Source of the DNA: a virus
Lineage: Duplodnaviria > Caudoviricetes
Direction: 5' to 3' (one strand)
Length of the DNA: 34,331 nucleotides
IMG/VR virus record: IMGVR_UViG_3300022923_001480
Coordinates: 1 to 34,331 of that record
Part shown: positions 27,035 through 34,331 of the stretch, piece after piece
Layout of the letters: each line of letters begins with the position of its first letter
Position numbering within the stretch: the first letter of the stretch is position 1
Notes under the pieces: model-generated
Databases searched by the model: none
What the model was told of the DNA's origin: nothing
Seen by the model: only the letters and a program-made list of their open reading frames with translations
Position numbers and translations under genes: made by a program

Positions 27035-27616
27035 ATGGCAGATTTACAAACAATTAATATAGGAAATGTAGTTAACGACGGACTAGGTGACGATCTAAGA
27101 ACCGCATTTGAAAAAGTAAATTCTAACTTTTCTAGTTTAAATGCTGAACTTACAGTAGAGGTTATCAATTTATCTAGTTCAGGCACAGGATTATTTAAAG
27201 AAAAAGTAGGAAACGAACTACGCTTTAAAAGTCTACAAGGCGGTGCTAAAATTATTCTAAATGAAAGAACTGATACAGTAGAAATTGCTAGTACAGCACC
27301 TGATTCATTTACACGTTTTGATACAGATGCAGGAATAATGAGAGCTAGTGTGAATGAGGCGATCAGTGTACAAGGTACATTTGCTCCAGGTAGCGAAACA
27401 CTTATAAAAGATATTGAAGTAACATCTGATGGTAGCACAGGCTTAAAAATTAAAAATATTATTCCTGTAACAGAATACTTAACAACATATGATTTTGGCA
27501 GTATTAACGGTTCATATGATAATGCTTTACAACTAAACTTTAATGCAGCAAATATAGAATTCGGCACACTGACACTTAATTCAGATTTAGATTTGGATTG
27601 TGGCGGATTGACGTAA
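27035..27616 (+). CDS. Baseplate/fibre connector-like protein
   Basis: INIGNVVNDGLGDDLRTAFEKVNSNF, a gp9/gp10-like motif. Confidence 0.75.
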   Translation: MADLQTINIGNVVNDGLGDDLRTAFEKVNSNFSSLNAELTVEVINLSSSGTGLFKEKVGNELRFKSLQGGAKIILNERTDTVEIASTAPDSFTRFDTDAGIMRASVNEAISVQGTFAPGSETLIKDIEVTSDGSTGLKIKNIIPVTEYLTTYDFGSINGSYDNALQLNFNAANIEFGTLTLNSDLDLDCGGLT

Positions 27617-27627
27617 GGAGGTAACCT

Positions 27628-30135
27628 ATGGCAGTAACTTGGAACACGCCAGCAGGAGACCTAGGAATTCTAGAAGAAAGAATCACTGTTGACATCCCTT
27701 TAACTGCAACAACTACACTTAATGAAGATGTAACTTACAAAGTTATATCTGGAAAACTTCCTGCTGGTTTACAATTACTAGGTAATAGAATCAAAGGAAC
27801 ACCGGGAGAAGTTGTAAAGTTTACTGAATCTAGATTTGTAATACGTGCATCGGATTCACAAGATGAAAAAGATAGAACTTTTAAATTATCTGTGGACGGT
27901 GCAGATATACCTGAATGGGTAACAGAAGAAGGATTTATAAATGTAGGAGCAGGTGCTGCATATTTTGTTTTAGATGATGCAGAAGTAGACTTCCAATTAG
28001 AAGCAAGAGACAATGATGTAATTGCAGGAGATGTATTAGAGTTTTACCTTGTTCCTAATAGTGGACAATTACCTCCAGGTTTAACAATGAGTAAAACTGG
28101 ACGTATAAAAGGATTTACAAAACCAGTCAATGCAGTTGCGTATAGTACTGAACCTATCGGTGCATATGATACACAAGCATTTGATGTAACAGGATTAGAT
28201 ATTGGTAAGAACAACAGTACAGGTTTTGATACGTACATCTATGATACATTAAATTATGACTACAGTGAAAGAGGTGTAACACCTAAAAAATTAAGTAGAA
28301 TTTACACATTTAGTGTTGCAGTGACTGACGGTGTTAATAACATTTCACGAATGTTTAAAATATATGTTGTTACAGAAGAATTTTTACAAGCAGATAATAC
28401 ACTTGTACAAGTTGATACAAACTTATTCCAAGCGGATAGTAGTAGAGATAGAACTCCGCTTTGGATTACAGACAGTTACTTAGGTAGATATAGAGCAAAT
28501 AACTATCTTACTTTACAACTAGACGTGTATGATCCTCCAAGTCTTTCAGGAACAATAATTTATTTTATACTTGCAAATAATCCAGATGGTACTCCAAGTA
28601 CTATTCCGCCAGGACTTGTGCTAGATAATACAACTGGAGAAATTGCAGGTGTTACTCCATATCAGGCTGCTGTAACTAAACAATATAAATTTACAATGCA
28701 GGCAATTAACTATCCGTTAATTCTTGCAGATACAGAATATACACTTGTAGGAGATTGGAACAGTAAAATTGTTTACTTGCCAGACCAAGCAGTAAGATTT
28801 TTAGGACAAATATGGATTGCTAAAGTTGCGAACAAAGGTGAAATACCTGGAACAGGAACTAGTTGGAATTCAAGTGTTTCAACTTCTGAGAAAACATTTA
28901 CAGTTGACTTAATAGGTGAAATTGAAAGTGCATTAGAATGGAATACTGATTCAGACTTAGGAACTATTAAACCTAATCAACCTAGCACAAAAAGTGTCAA
29001 TGCAACAAGTTTACTTTATGGCGGTAGAGTTGCTTATAGTATTACAGACGGTGCTCTTCCTCCTGGTTTAGACTTTTTACCTACAGGAATAATACAAGGC
29101 AAAGTAAGACAGTTTGCAGATAGTTCTGATCCTGGATTGACTAGATTTTATGAACAAGATAGTGCAGGTGCAGATCAGTCTACACTTAGTAGGGATTTCA
29201 GTAGTATATTTGACGGGGATACTACAAGTTATGATAAAGTTTATACGTTCACTGTAAAAGCACAAGACGGAGCAACTTTTTCAGAATTAGAAAAAACATT
29301 TACACTAACAGTTGTTGCTGACAATGAAAAGACTTTTGCCAACATTTATGCAAGGGCATTTCCATCTAAAGAAAAAAGATTAAATTGGTTTAACTTTATT
29401 ACCAACTCACAAGTATTTAAAGCAGAAGATATCTATAGATATGGAGATGCAAACTTTGGTATACAAACTGATTTACAATGTTTACTATTTGCAGGTATTG
29501 AGAGCAAAGAAGCAGTAGCATATGTTCAAGCACTAAGCCGTAATCACTATGATAAAAGATTTAATTTCGGCACTATAAAAGTAGCAAAAGGTAAAGACCC
29601 AGTAACACAACAAACACTTTACGAAGCAATTTATGTTGACTTACTAGATCCTTTTGAAAAAGGAAACAAGAGTATAAGTGAAACTGTAGAACTAAAAGAT
29701 AATATTAATAGTAAGGTTCTTGTAAGTTATCAGGGTATTAGAATAGACAGTGATATTCCGTTAGTAAGCGACAGAGATGTACAGCGTGTTTTTCCTAACA
29801 GTATAAAAAATATGAGAGAACGAATTGGTGCTGTAGGACAACGTGATAGAGAATTTTTGCCACTATGGATGCGCAGTATCCAAGATGATGCACAAGCGGA
29901 ACTAGGTTATACAAAAGCATTAATACTATGCTATGCCAAACCAGGGCGTTCTAATGCTATTTTAGCACGTATAAGAGCCGAAAATTTTGACTTTAAACTG
30001 TTAGATTTTGTTGCTGATCGCTTTGTAATTGATATTATCGACGGTGAAATTCAGGATCAATACCTTAAATTTCCACAAAAACGTATTACAAATCACAGAA
30101 ACAGTACAAGTGTATCACAAAATTTAGGGAACTAA
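27628..30135 (+). CDS. Structural protein with putative Ig-like (He_PIG-type) domains
   Basis: Four G.LP.GL.L...G.I.G repeats, each followed by F.V.A.D-type strands. TAAGGAGG SD. Confidence 0.8.
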   Translation: MAVTWNTPAGDLGILEERITVDIPLTATTTLNEDVTYKVISGKLPAGLQLLGNRIKGTPGEVVKFTESRFVIRASDSQDEKDRTFKLSVDGADIPEWVTEEGFINVGAGAAYFVLDDAEVDFQLEARDNDVIAGDVLEFYLVPNSGQLPPGLTMSKTGRIKGFTKPVNAVAYSTEPIGAYDTQAFDVTGLDIGKNNSTGFDTYIYDTLNYDYSERGVTPKKLSRIYTFSVAVTDGVNNISRMFKIYVVTEEFLQADNTLVQVDTNLFQADSSRDRTPLWITDSYLGRYRANNYLTLQLDVYDPPSLSGTIIYFILANNPDGTPSTIPPGLVLDNTTGEIAGVTPYQAAVTKQYKFTMQAINYPLILADTEYTLVGDWNSKIVYLPDQAVRFLGQIWIAKVANKGEIPGTGTSWNSSVSTSEKTFTVDLIGEIESALEWNTDSDLGTIKPNQPSTKSVNATSLLYGGRVAYSITDGALPPGLDFLPTGIIQGKVRQFADSSDPGLTRFYEQDSAGADQSTLSRDFSSIFDGDTTSYDKVYTFTVKAQDGATFSELEKTFTLTVVADNEKTFANIYARAFPSKEKRLNWFNFITNSQVFKAEDIYRYGDANFGIQTDLQCLLFAGIESKEAVAYVQALSRNHYDKRFNFGTIKVAKGKDPVTQQTLYEAIYVDLLDPFEKGNKSISETVELKDNINSKVLVSYQGIRIDSDIPLVSDRDVQRVFPNSIKNMRERIGAVGQRDREFLPLWMRSIQDDAQAELGYTKALILCYAKPGRSNAILARIRAENFDFKLLDFVADRFVIDIIDGEIQDQYLKFPQKRITNHRNSTSVSQNLGN

Positions 30136-30147
30136 TTTAAGATATGC

Positions 30148-30153
30148 TAAATA
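30148..30153 (+). promoter_or_regulatory. TAAATA late-promoter-like box
   Basis: Intergenic, upstream of the GGAG SD and GTG 30182. Confidence 0.55.
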
Positions 30154-30181
30154 CTAACACAAAACAATTGGAGATATAACC

Positions 30182-30769
30182 GTGGCAAGTACTATTAATT
30201 TTTTAGGTATTAACGAAAACTTTCCAGTTGCCGGGCAAGATAATGATACACAAGTGTTTAGAGACAACTTTGACACTATAAAACAAAGCCTAGCATCTGC
30301 TAAAGAAGAAATTACCGATTTGCAGGGCAACACTGCAAAACTAAACTTAGACAATGATTTTGAATTAAACAAAATTCAAAGAGCATTATTACAGAACAAT
30401 AGAACACAAAAGTTCGACGGCGGAACAATTTCTGCAAGTCCTACTACTATTGATTATGAAAATGGTGATTATCAAATCTTTAGAATTGCTGCAAATATTA
30501 CAATGGACTTTTTAAATTTTCCAGGCGATCCTGTATTTTCTTCAGAAACAACTCCAATTGGTATGGGAAAAACAACACTGGAACTTTATAATAGCGGTAG
30601 CGAAAATCACACTATTACATTTGTATCTTCAGGCGGAACTGTGTTTAAGAAAGACGCAACTTTTCCTGCTGTGCTTACACTTGACTCAACACAAGATCCG
30701 CACTTAATTGAAGTATGGAGACATAGTGTAGATAAAATCTTCTTAAGATACTTAGGTCAATACTCATAA
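30182..30769 (+). CDS. Putative virion structural protein
   Basis: FPVAGQDNDTQVFRDNF N-terminal motif; structural gene context. Confidence 0.7.
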   Translation: MASTINFLGINENFPVAGQDNDTQVFRDNFDTIKQSLASAKEEITDLQGNTAKLNLDNDFELNKIQRALLQNNRTQKFDGGTISASPTTIDYENGDYQIFRIAANITMDFLNFPGDPVFSSETTPIGMGKTTLELYNSGSENHTITFVSSGGTVFKKDATFPAVLTLDSTQDPHLIEVWRHSVDKIFLRYLGQYS

Positions 30770-31005
30770 TGTTTCATCCTTTTCAAGAGGATCCAAAAGA
30801 ACTAACTGATACTGAAATCACTAATAAGATTTCCGAATTGGGTAGAAAATATAGCCAAGCGGCCAAATTAGGCAACAATCAACTGTTGACACAACTCCAA
30901 ACATTTGTTACAATATACAGAGATGAATTACGTAGAAGAGCAATGCAACCTACTACAAACGCAAATGATGATAAGGATTTGGATCAACTAATTAATGTCG
31001 ACTAA
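30769..31005 (+). CDS. Hypothetical helical protein
   Basis: TAATG coupling; 78 aa. Confidence 0.75.
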   Translation: MFHPFQEDPKELTDTEITNKISELGRKYSQAAKLGNNQLLTQLQTFVTIYRDELRRRAMQPTTNANDDKDLDQLINVD

Positions 31006-31462
31006 GTTTACACAAGAACAAATAGTAGAAGGAGTACTTAAACACGGTACAGATATCCTTGAGCATTGTCTTGTGGTTGATAACATAGACAACTATGTTA
31101 ATATTGTTGAAAAAGAACATTTACGTTATCCTATTCCAAAAACAGAATTTAATAAAGACAATTGGTTTATGCCACAAACATACAAGGATATGGACATAAA
31201 ACAATATATACTTACAATGTGTAGAACAGAAGAACAAGTTCAGCGTGTAAACATTGAACTAGCAGAATATGAAAAACGTGGACTGCTTATGCTGTTGAAA
31301 CAAATGAAATATATCATTGATACACTAAGAGAGAATAATATTGTATGGGGTGTTGGACGTGGTTCGAGTGTAGCAAGTTATACACTCTATTTGATGGGTG
31401 TACACCGCATTGACTCGATTAAATACAATATACCATTAAATGAATTCTTTAAAGGAGTATAA
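30995..31462 (+). CDS. Stand-alone DNA polymerase III alpha (DnaE) palm/NTPase-region fragment
   Basis: RVNIELAEY...YIIDTLRENNIVWGVGRGSSVASYTLYLMGVHRIDSIKYNIPLNEF matches the DnaE G.GRGS region. Confidence 0.85.
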   Translation: MSTKFTQEQIVEGVLKHGTDILEHCLVVDNIDNYVNIVEKEHLRYPIPKTEFNKDNWFMPQTYKDMDIKQYILTMCRTEEQVQRVNIELAEYEKRGLLMLLKQMKYIIDTLRENNIVWGVGRGSSVASYTLYLMGVHRIDSIKYNIPLNEFFKGV

Positions 31463-31464
31463 AG

Positions 31465-31689
31465 ATGGCTAGAACAGTAAAAAGTATGCGTGGAAAAGAA
31501 ATTGATATGGAAAAACTTAATCTTAAGAATGAGTTACTTCCAGCAGTTGGAAACGCAAAAGTTAACGCTCGTGGCGATGAAATTGGTAAAGGTGGAGAAA
31601 TTGTAAGAACAAGAGAAGAAGTATTACAAGACTACTACAATAAAAATCCAAGAGCAGTTAAAGAAGAAATTGTAAATCGTAAGAAATAA
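31465..31689 (+). CDS. Hypothetical phage protein
   Basis: AAGGAG SD; AVGNAKVNARGDEIG motif. Confidence 0.8.
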   Translation: MARTVKSMRGKEIDMEKLNLKNELLPAVGNAKVNARGDEIGKGGEIVRTREEVLQDYYNKNPRAVKEEIVNRKK

Positions 31690-31708
31690 TTTTAGAAAGG
31701 TATAAACT

Positions 31709-32107
31709 ATGATTGAAGGCAAGTTACGCCCTATTCGTGATAGAGTATTAGTGATGGGTATGCACTTTGGCGAAACAAAAACCAAAGGCGGAATTATTAT
31801 TGGATCGGATGATGGTAAAGCACACGGTGTAAAGCCACGCTGGTGTCAAGTTTATGCAAAAGGTCACGAGAACAATGACCCATACGAAAAAGGTAATTGG
31901 ATCTTAGTTGAACACGGTCGTTGGACACGTAAAATCAAAGTAAAAGATGAAACCGGCGAAGTTATCGAAATCCAAATGGTCGAAAACGAGGCTATCTTAG
32001 CATACACAGATGAAAAGCCAAAAGATGCTGATCTCGCTTACTACGGCCAAGAGTACTCAGACGGAGCAAGTGCTACATTTGATCCTAGTATGTTTGGTGC
32101 TCAATAA
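31709..32107 (+). CDS. groES: Co-chaperonin GroES-like protein
   Basis: LRPIRDRVLV...KTKGGIII mobile-loop signature. Confidence 0.85.
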   Translation: MIEGKLRPIRDRVLVMGMHFGETKTKGGIIIGSDDGKAHGVKPRWCQVYAKGHENNDPYEKGNWILVEHGRWTRKIKVKDETGEVIEIQMVENEAILAYTDEKPKDADLAYYGQEYSDGASATFDPSMFGAQ

Positions 32108-32289
32108 GCAGTACTAAATTCCGGACATAATCTAAATGTTAAGGCCTTCCTAGGTCCTTTTGTAGTATTGATTGATACTTCCCCTGATTTTGGATGAAAT
32201 TCGATCTTTGTAATCTTAGCACGTTCATTATTCTTACCAACAAGTATTTCTTGTCCTAGTTCTAAATTAAGTGAAATGTTTCTAATCAT
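32101..32289 (-). CDS. Small hypothetical protein (62 aa)
   Basis: ATG 32289 with GGAGG SD (32304-32300) and a TAAATA box at 32333-32328. Shorter than the track ORF. Confidence 0.7.
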   Translation of the reverse strand: MIRNISLNLELGQEILVGKNNERAKITKIEFHPKSGEVSINTTKGPRKALTFRLCPEFSTAY

Positions 32290-32342
32290 AGGATTATGTC
32301 CTCCATAAACAACGAATGTTGTAAAAATATTTAGTATTTCAC

Positions 32343-32371
32343 TTGACAAGAGTAAACAGATGTTATATAAT
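32343..32371 (+). promoter_or_regulatory. Sigma70-type early promoter
   Basis: TTGACA (32343-32348), 17 nt spacer, TATAAT (32366-32371). Confidence 0.9.
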
Positions 32372-32401
32372 ATAACATATTAATACTAACAAGGAGTTAG
32401 A

Positions 32402-32668
32402 ATGTTCACAGCAGTACTAATGACAATAGCAGGTTTGTTTATGTATGACAACTCGGCTTTTTTCGCACAAGTAAAAACAGAACGCGAATTGGGCTACAGA
32501 TTTGAATATGTAGGTAAACGCCCAGCAGATGACTACAAATATAGTATTCCTGTAATAAACGAAGAAACAGGTGAAAAGTTTATCTATTGGGAACACAAAA
32601 TTCCTGCGGATTATTGTACGGACGACGGTTGTCCAGAATTCAAAGAACTATCAAGTAAAGAGGAGTAG
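32402..32668 (+). CDS. Hypothetical protein with hydrophobic N-terminus
   Basis: AAGGAG SD; signal/anchor-like start. Confidence 0.75.
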   Translation: MFTAVLMTIAGLFMYDNSAFFAQVKTERELGYRFEYVGKRPADDYKYSIPVINEETGEKFIYWEHKIPADYCTDDGCPEFKELSSKEE

Positions 32669-32671
32669 CAA

Positions 32672-33076
32672 TTGGCCCAGGTAGATCTAAACAAATATAA
32701 AGACTTTGTAAAAGAAGTAACAAGCGATCAAAGCGACTCTGTTGCACATATGCATCATAGAATGGTCGAAATGAGTGATAAATGTAACCCGTCATTGCTT
32801 ATGACAGGTGCTATTGGTATCGCATCAGAAGGAGGAGAATTTGCAGAAATTGTTAAAAAATGTGTGTTCCAAGGTAAACCAATGGACGATGAAACTGTAT
32901 TTCATTGCAAACGCGAACTTGGTGACATTATGTGGTATTGGATTAATAGTTGCCGTGCTCTTGGTTTGGACCCTAACGATGTAGTAGCAGAAAATGTAAA
33001 CAAACTTAAGGCAAGGTATCCAGGTGGAGAGTTTGATGTACACTATTCTGAAAATAGGAAAGAAGGAGATCTTTAG
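32672..33076 (+). CDS. mazG: MazG-like NTP pyrophosphohydrolase
   Basis: GIASEGGEFAEIVKK and RELGDIMWY (ExxE...ExxD). Confidence 0.9.
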   Translation: MAQVDLNKYKDFVKEVTSDQSDSVAHMHHRMVEMSDKCNPSLLMTGAIGIASEGGEFAEIVKKCVFQGKPMDDETVFHCKRELGDIMWYWINSCRALGLDPNDVVAENVNKLKARYPGGEFDVHYSENRKEGDL

Positions 33077-33435
33077 TGTCTGATCAAAATAAGATTTACA
33101 GTGACGGATTAAAATTTAAATCCTTAAACATAGAAGGCACTGTTGTCAAAAAAGACGATAGATATATTGTTAAAGATAACACTGTATTAAAAAATCTTAT
33201 TGTAAGCAGCACTAGATTAAATCCTAAGAAAAGTACATCAGGTCATTTACATAAAGGACAAGAAGAAGTCTATATGTTCTTAGAAGGTCACGGCACTATG
33301 GAACTTGATGGTGTTATACACAAAGTAGAAGCAGGTGATACTGTTCTAATTCAAGATGGAGTCTTTCATCGTGTTCACGCAGATACAGTAGAACTATATT
33401 TTGTATGTGTGTTTGATGGAAGGAGAACCATTTGA
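33076..33435 (+). CDS. Cupin domain protein
   Basis: GHLHKGQEEVY...GDTVLIQDGVFHRV. Confidence 0.88.
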   Translation: MSDQNKIYSDGLKFKSLNIEGTVVKKDDRYIVKDNTVLKNLIVSSTRLNPKKSTSGHLHKGQEEVYMFLEGHGTMELDGVIHKVEAGDTVLIQDGVFHRVHADTVELYFVCVFDGRRTI

Positions 33436-34169
33436 AAGTAGGAGTAAGAGGAAGTAAACTTGCACTTGCCTATGCCAATAAGGCAATCCAACTTATGGGC
33501 GAGGGCGAAATAGAAATCATTAAAACAGATGGAGATTTACATCCTGATACTCCTATACACGAGATAGGTGGTAAAGGTGTGTTCTGTAATGCTATTGAGT
33601 CAGCACTTGCAGAAGGATTAATTGATGTAGCGGTACACAGTCTTAAAGATATGCCAGGTGATGTAGAACATCCTGACTTACATATCTGTGCAGTATTAGA
33701 GCGTAGCAGACCTAGTGATGTTCTTGTAGGGAAGGTGTTTGATAACTTTGTATTAGGAACTAGCAGTCCTAGACGTAAAGCACAACTAGAACAGTTTTAT
33801 GCTAATCAAAACGTACAAGTCAAGCCTATTAGGGGCAACATAGATACAAGGCTTGCAAAATTAGACGCAGGCGAATACGATGCTATTGTACTTGCAGAAG
33901 CAGGTTTAGATGCATTAGGTATTAAAAGAGATTACACTAGGTTGCCTATTGTTCCAGCAGTTGGGCAAGGTATCATTGCATTACAAACACGCAAAGATGA
34001 TACAGAAACAAATGCTGTAGTTAGTAAAGCAAACCACGAACTTACATACAGACAAGCACAATTAGAAAGAGCATTACTTAAAGGTATAAGTGGCGATTGT
34101 CATACAAAAGTTGCAGGTCACGCAAGAGGAGATAATCCTATCAAACTGGAGGCTGTGTATTATGAATAA
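33432..34169 (+). CDS. hemC: Porphobilinogen deaminase (hydroxymethylbilane synthase), C-terminally compact
   Basis: RGSKLAL, KTDGD, GGKGVF, AVHSLKD, GTSSPRR, RGNIDTRL, LAEAGL, PAVGQG and GDC. Confidence 0.95.
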   Translation: MKVGVRGSKLALAYANKAIQLMGEGEIEIIKTDGDLHPDTPIHEIGGKGVFCNAIESALAEGLIDVAVHSLKDMPGDVEHPDLHICAVLERSRPSDVLVGKVFDNFVLGTSSPRRKAQLEQFYANQNVQVKPIRGNIDTRLAKLDAGEYDAIVLAEAGLDALGIKRDYTRLPIVPAVGQGIIALQTRKDDTETNAVVSKANHELTYRQAQLERALLKGISGDCHTKVAGHARGDNPIKLEAVYYE

Positions 34170-34331
34170 TAGACGAGTTGGATTTACAGCATCTGCTTTT
34201 GATTTATTTCATAGTGGACACGTTGCTATGTTAAAAGAAGCAAGAAGCAATTGTGATTATATGATTGTTGGATTGCAAACAGATCCAACTATAGATAGAC
34301 CAAATAAAAATCAACCAATCCAAAGTGTATA
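34162..34331 (+). CDS. Cytidylyltransferase (TagD/RfaE-like), partial
   Basis: MNNRRVGFTASAFDLFHSGHVAML...IVGLQTDP (HxGH motif). Runs off the window. Confidence 0.88.
   Translation, partial: MNNRRVGFTASAFDLFHSGHVAMLKEARSNCDYMIVGLQTDPTIDRPNKNQPIQSV

Noticed and set aside
16009-30372. Many minus-strand ORFs inside the structural genes (e.g. 23004..23657, 27016..27567)
   Set aside because: Antisense open frames expected from biased codon usage; no independent signals.
1-34331. Alternative genetic code (stop-codon reassignment as in some large phages)
   Set aside because: TAA, TAG and TGA all end recognisable full-length genes, and coding density is high under the standard code.
1-34331. tRNA or rRNA genes
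   Set aside because: No intergenic gap shows a cloverleaf with a GTTCRA T-loop, and the gaps are too short.
1-34331. Cellular (bacterial) origin suggested by kdsA, hemC, sod, iscA and groES
   Set aside because: These genes lack their normal operon partners and are interleaved with T4-like structural genes and late-promoter motifs.

Overview
This window is a segment of a large, AT-rich, T4-like (Tevenvirinae-style or jumbo) lytic dsDNA bacteriophage genome. A marine phage of a proteobacterial host is likely, but that is inferred from gene content and signals. From left to right it holds: (1) a minus-strand block of three radical-SAM enzymes and a SAM methyltransferase; (2) early genes, including an Hc1-like protein and thyX; (3) an auxiliary-metabolism block with a Maf/GT42-like protein, a QueD-like enzyme, kdsA, a glycosyltransferase, a 2OG-Fe(II) oxygenase, a HAD phosphomannomutase and uvsE; (4) an Asp/Asn-hydroxylase-like gene, an HNH nuclease, a superoxide dismutase and an IscA-type carrier; (5) about 15 kb of baseplate and tail-fibre genes; (6) a stand-alone DnaE fragment, groES, mazG, a cupin, a compact hemC and the start of a cytidylyltransferase. 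Four exact TTGACA-N17-TATAAT promoters and a recurrent TAAATA late-promoter motif can be read directly. The strongest leads are a compact H-type pseudoknot with an alternative anti-SD pairing in the 5' leader of the queD-like operon (candidate riboswitch), a DnaE fragment that stops just before the catalytic motif (candidate intein-less split polymerase), the radical-SAM/methyltransferase cluster, a Kdo/glycosylation module, apparently leaderless late transcripts, and a possibly virion-packaged SOD. All calls are from motif recognition by eye; no searches were run.
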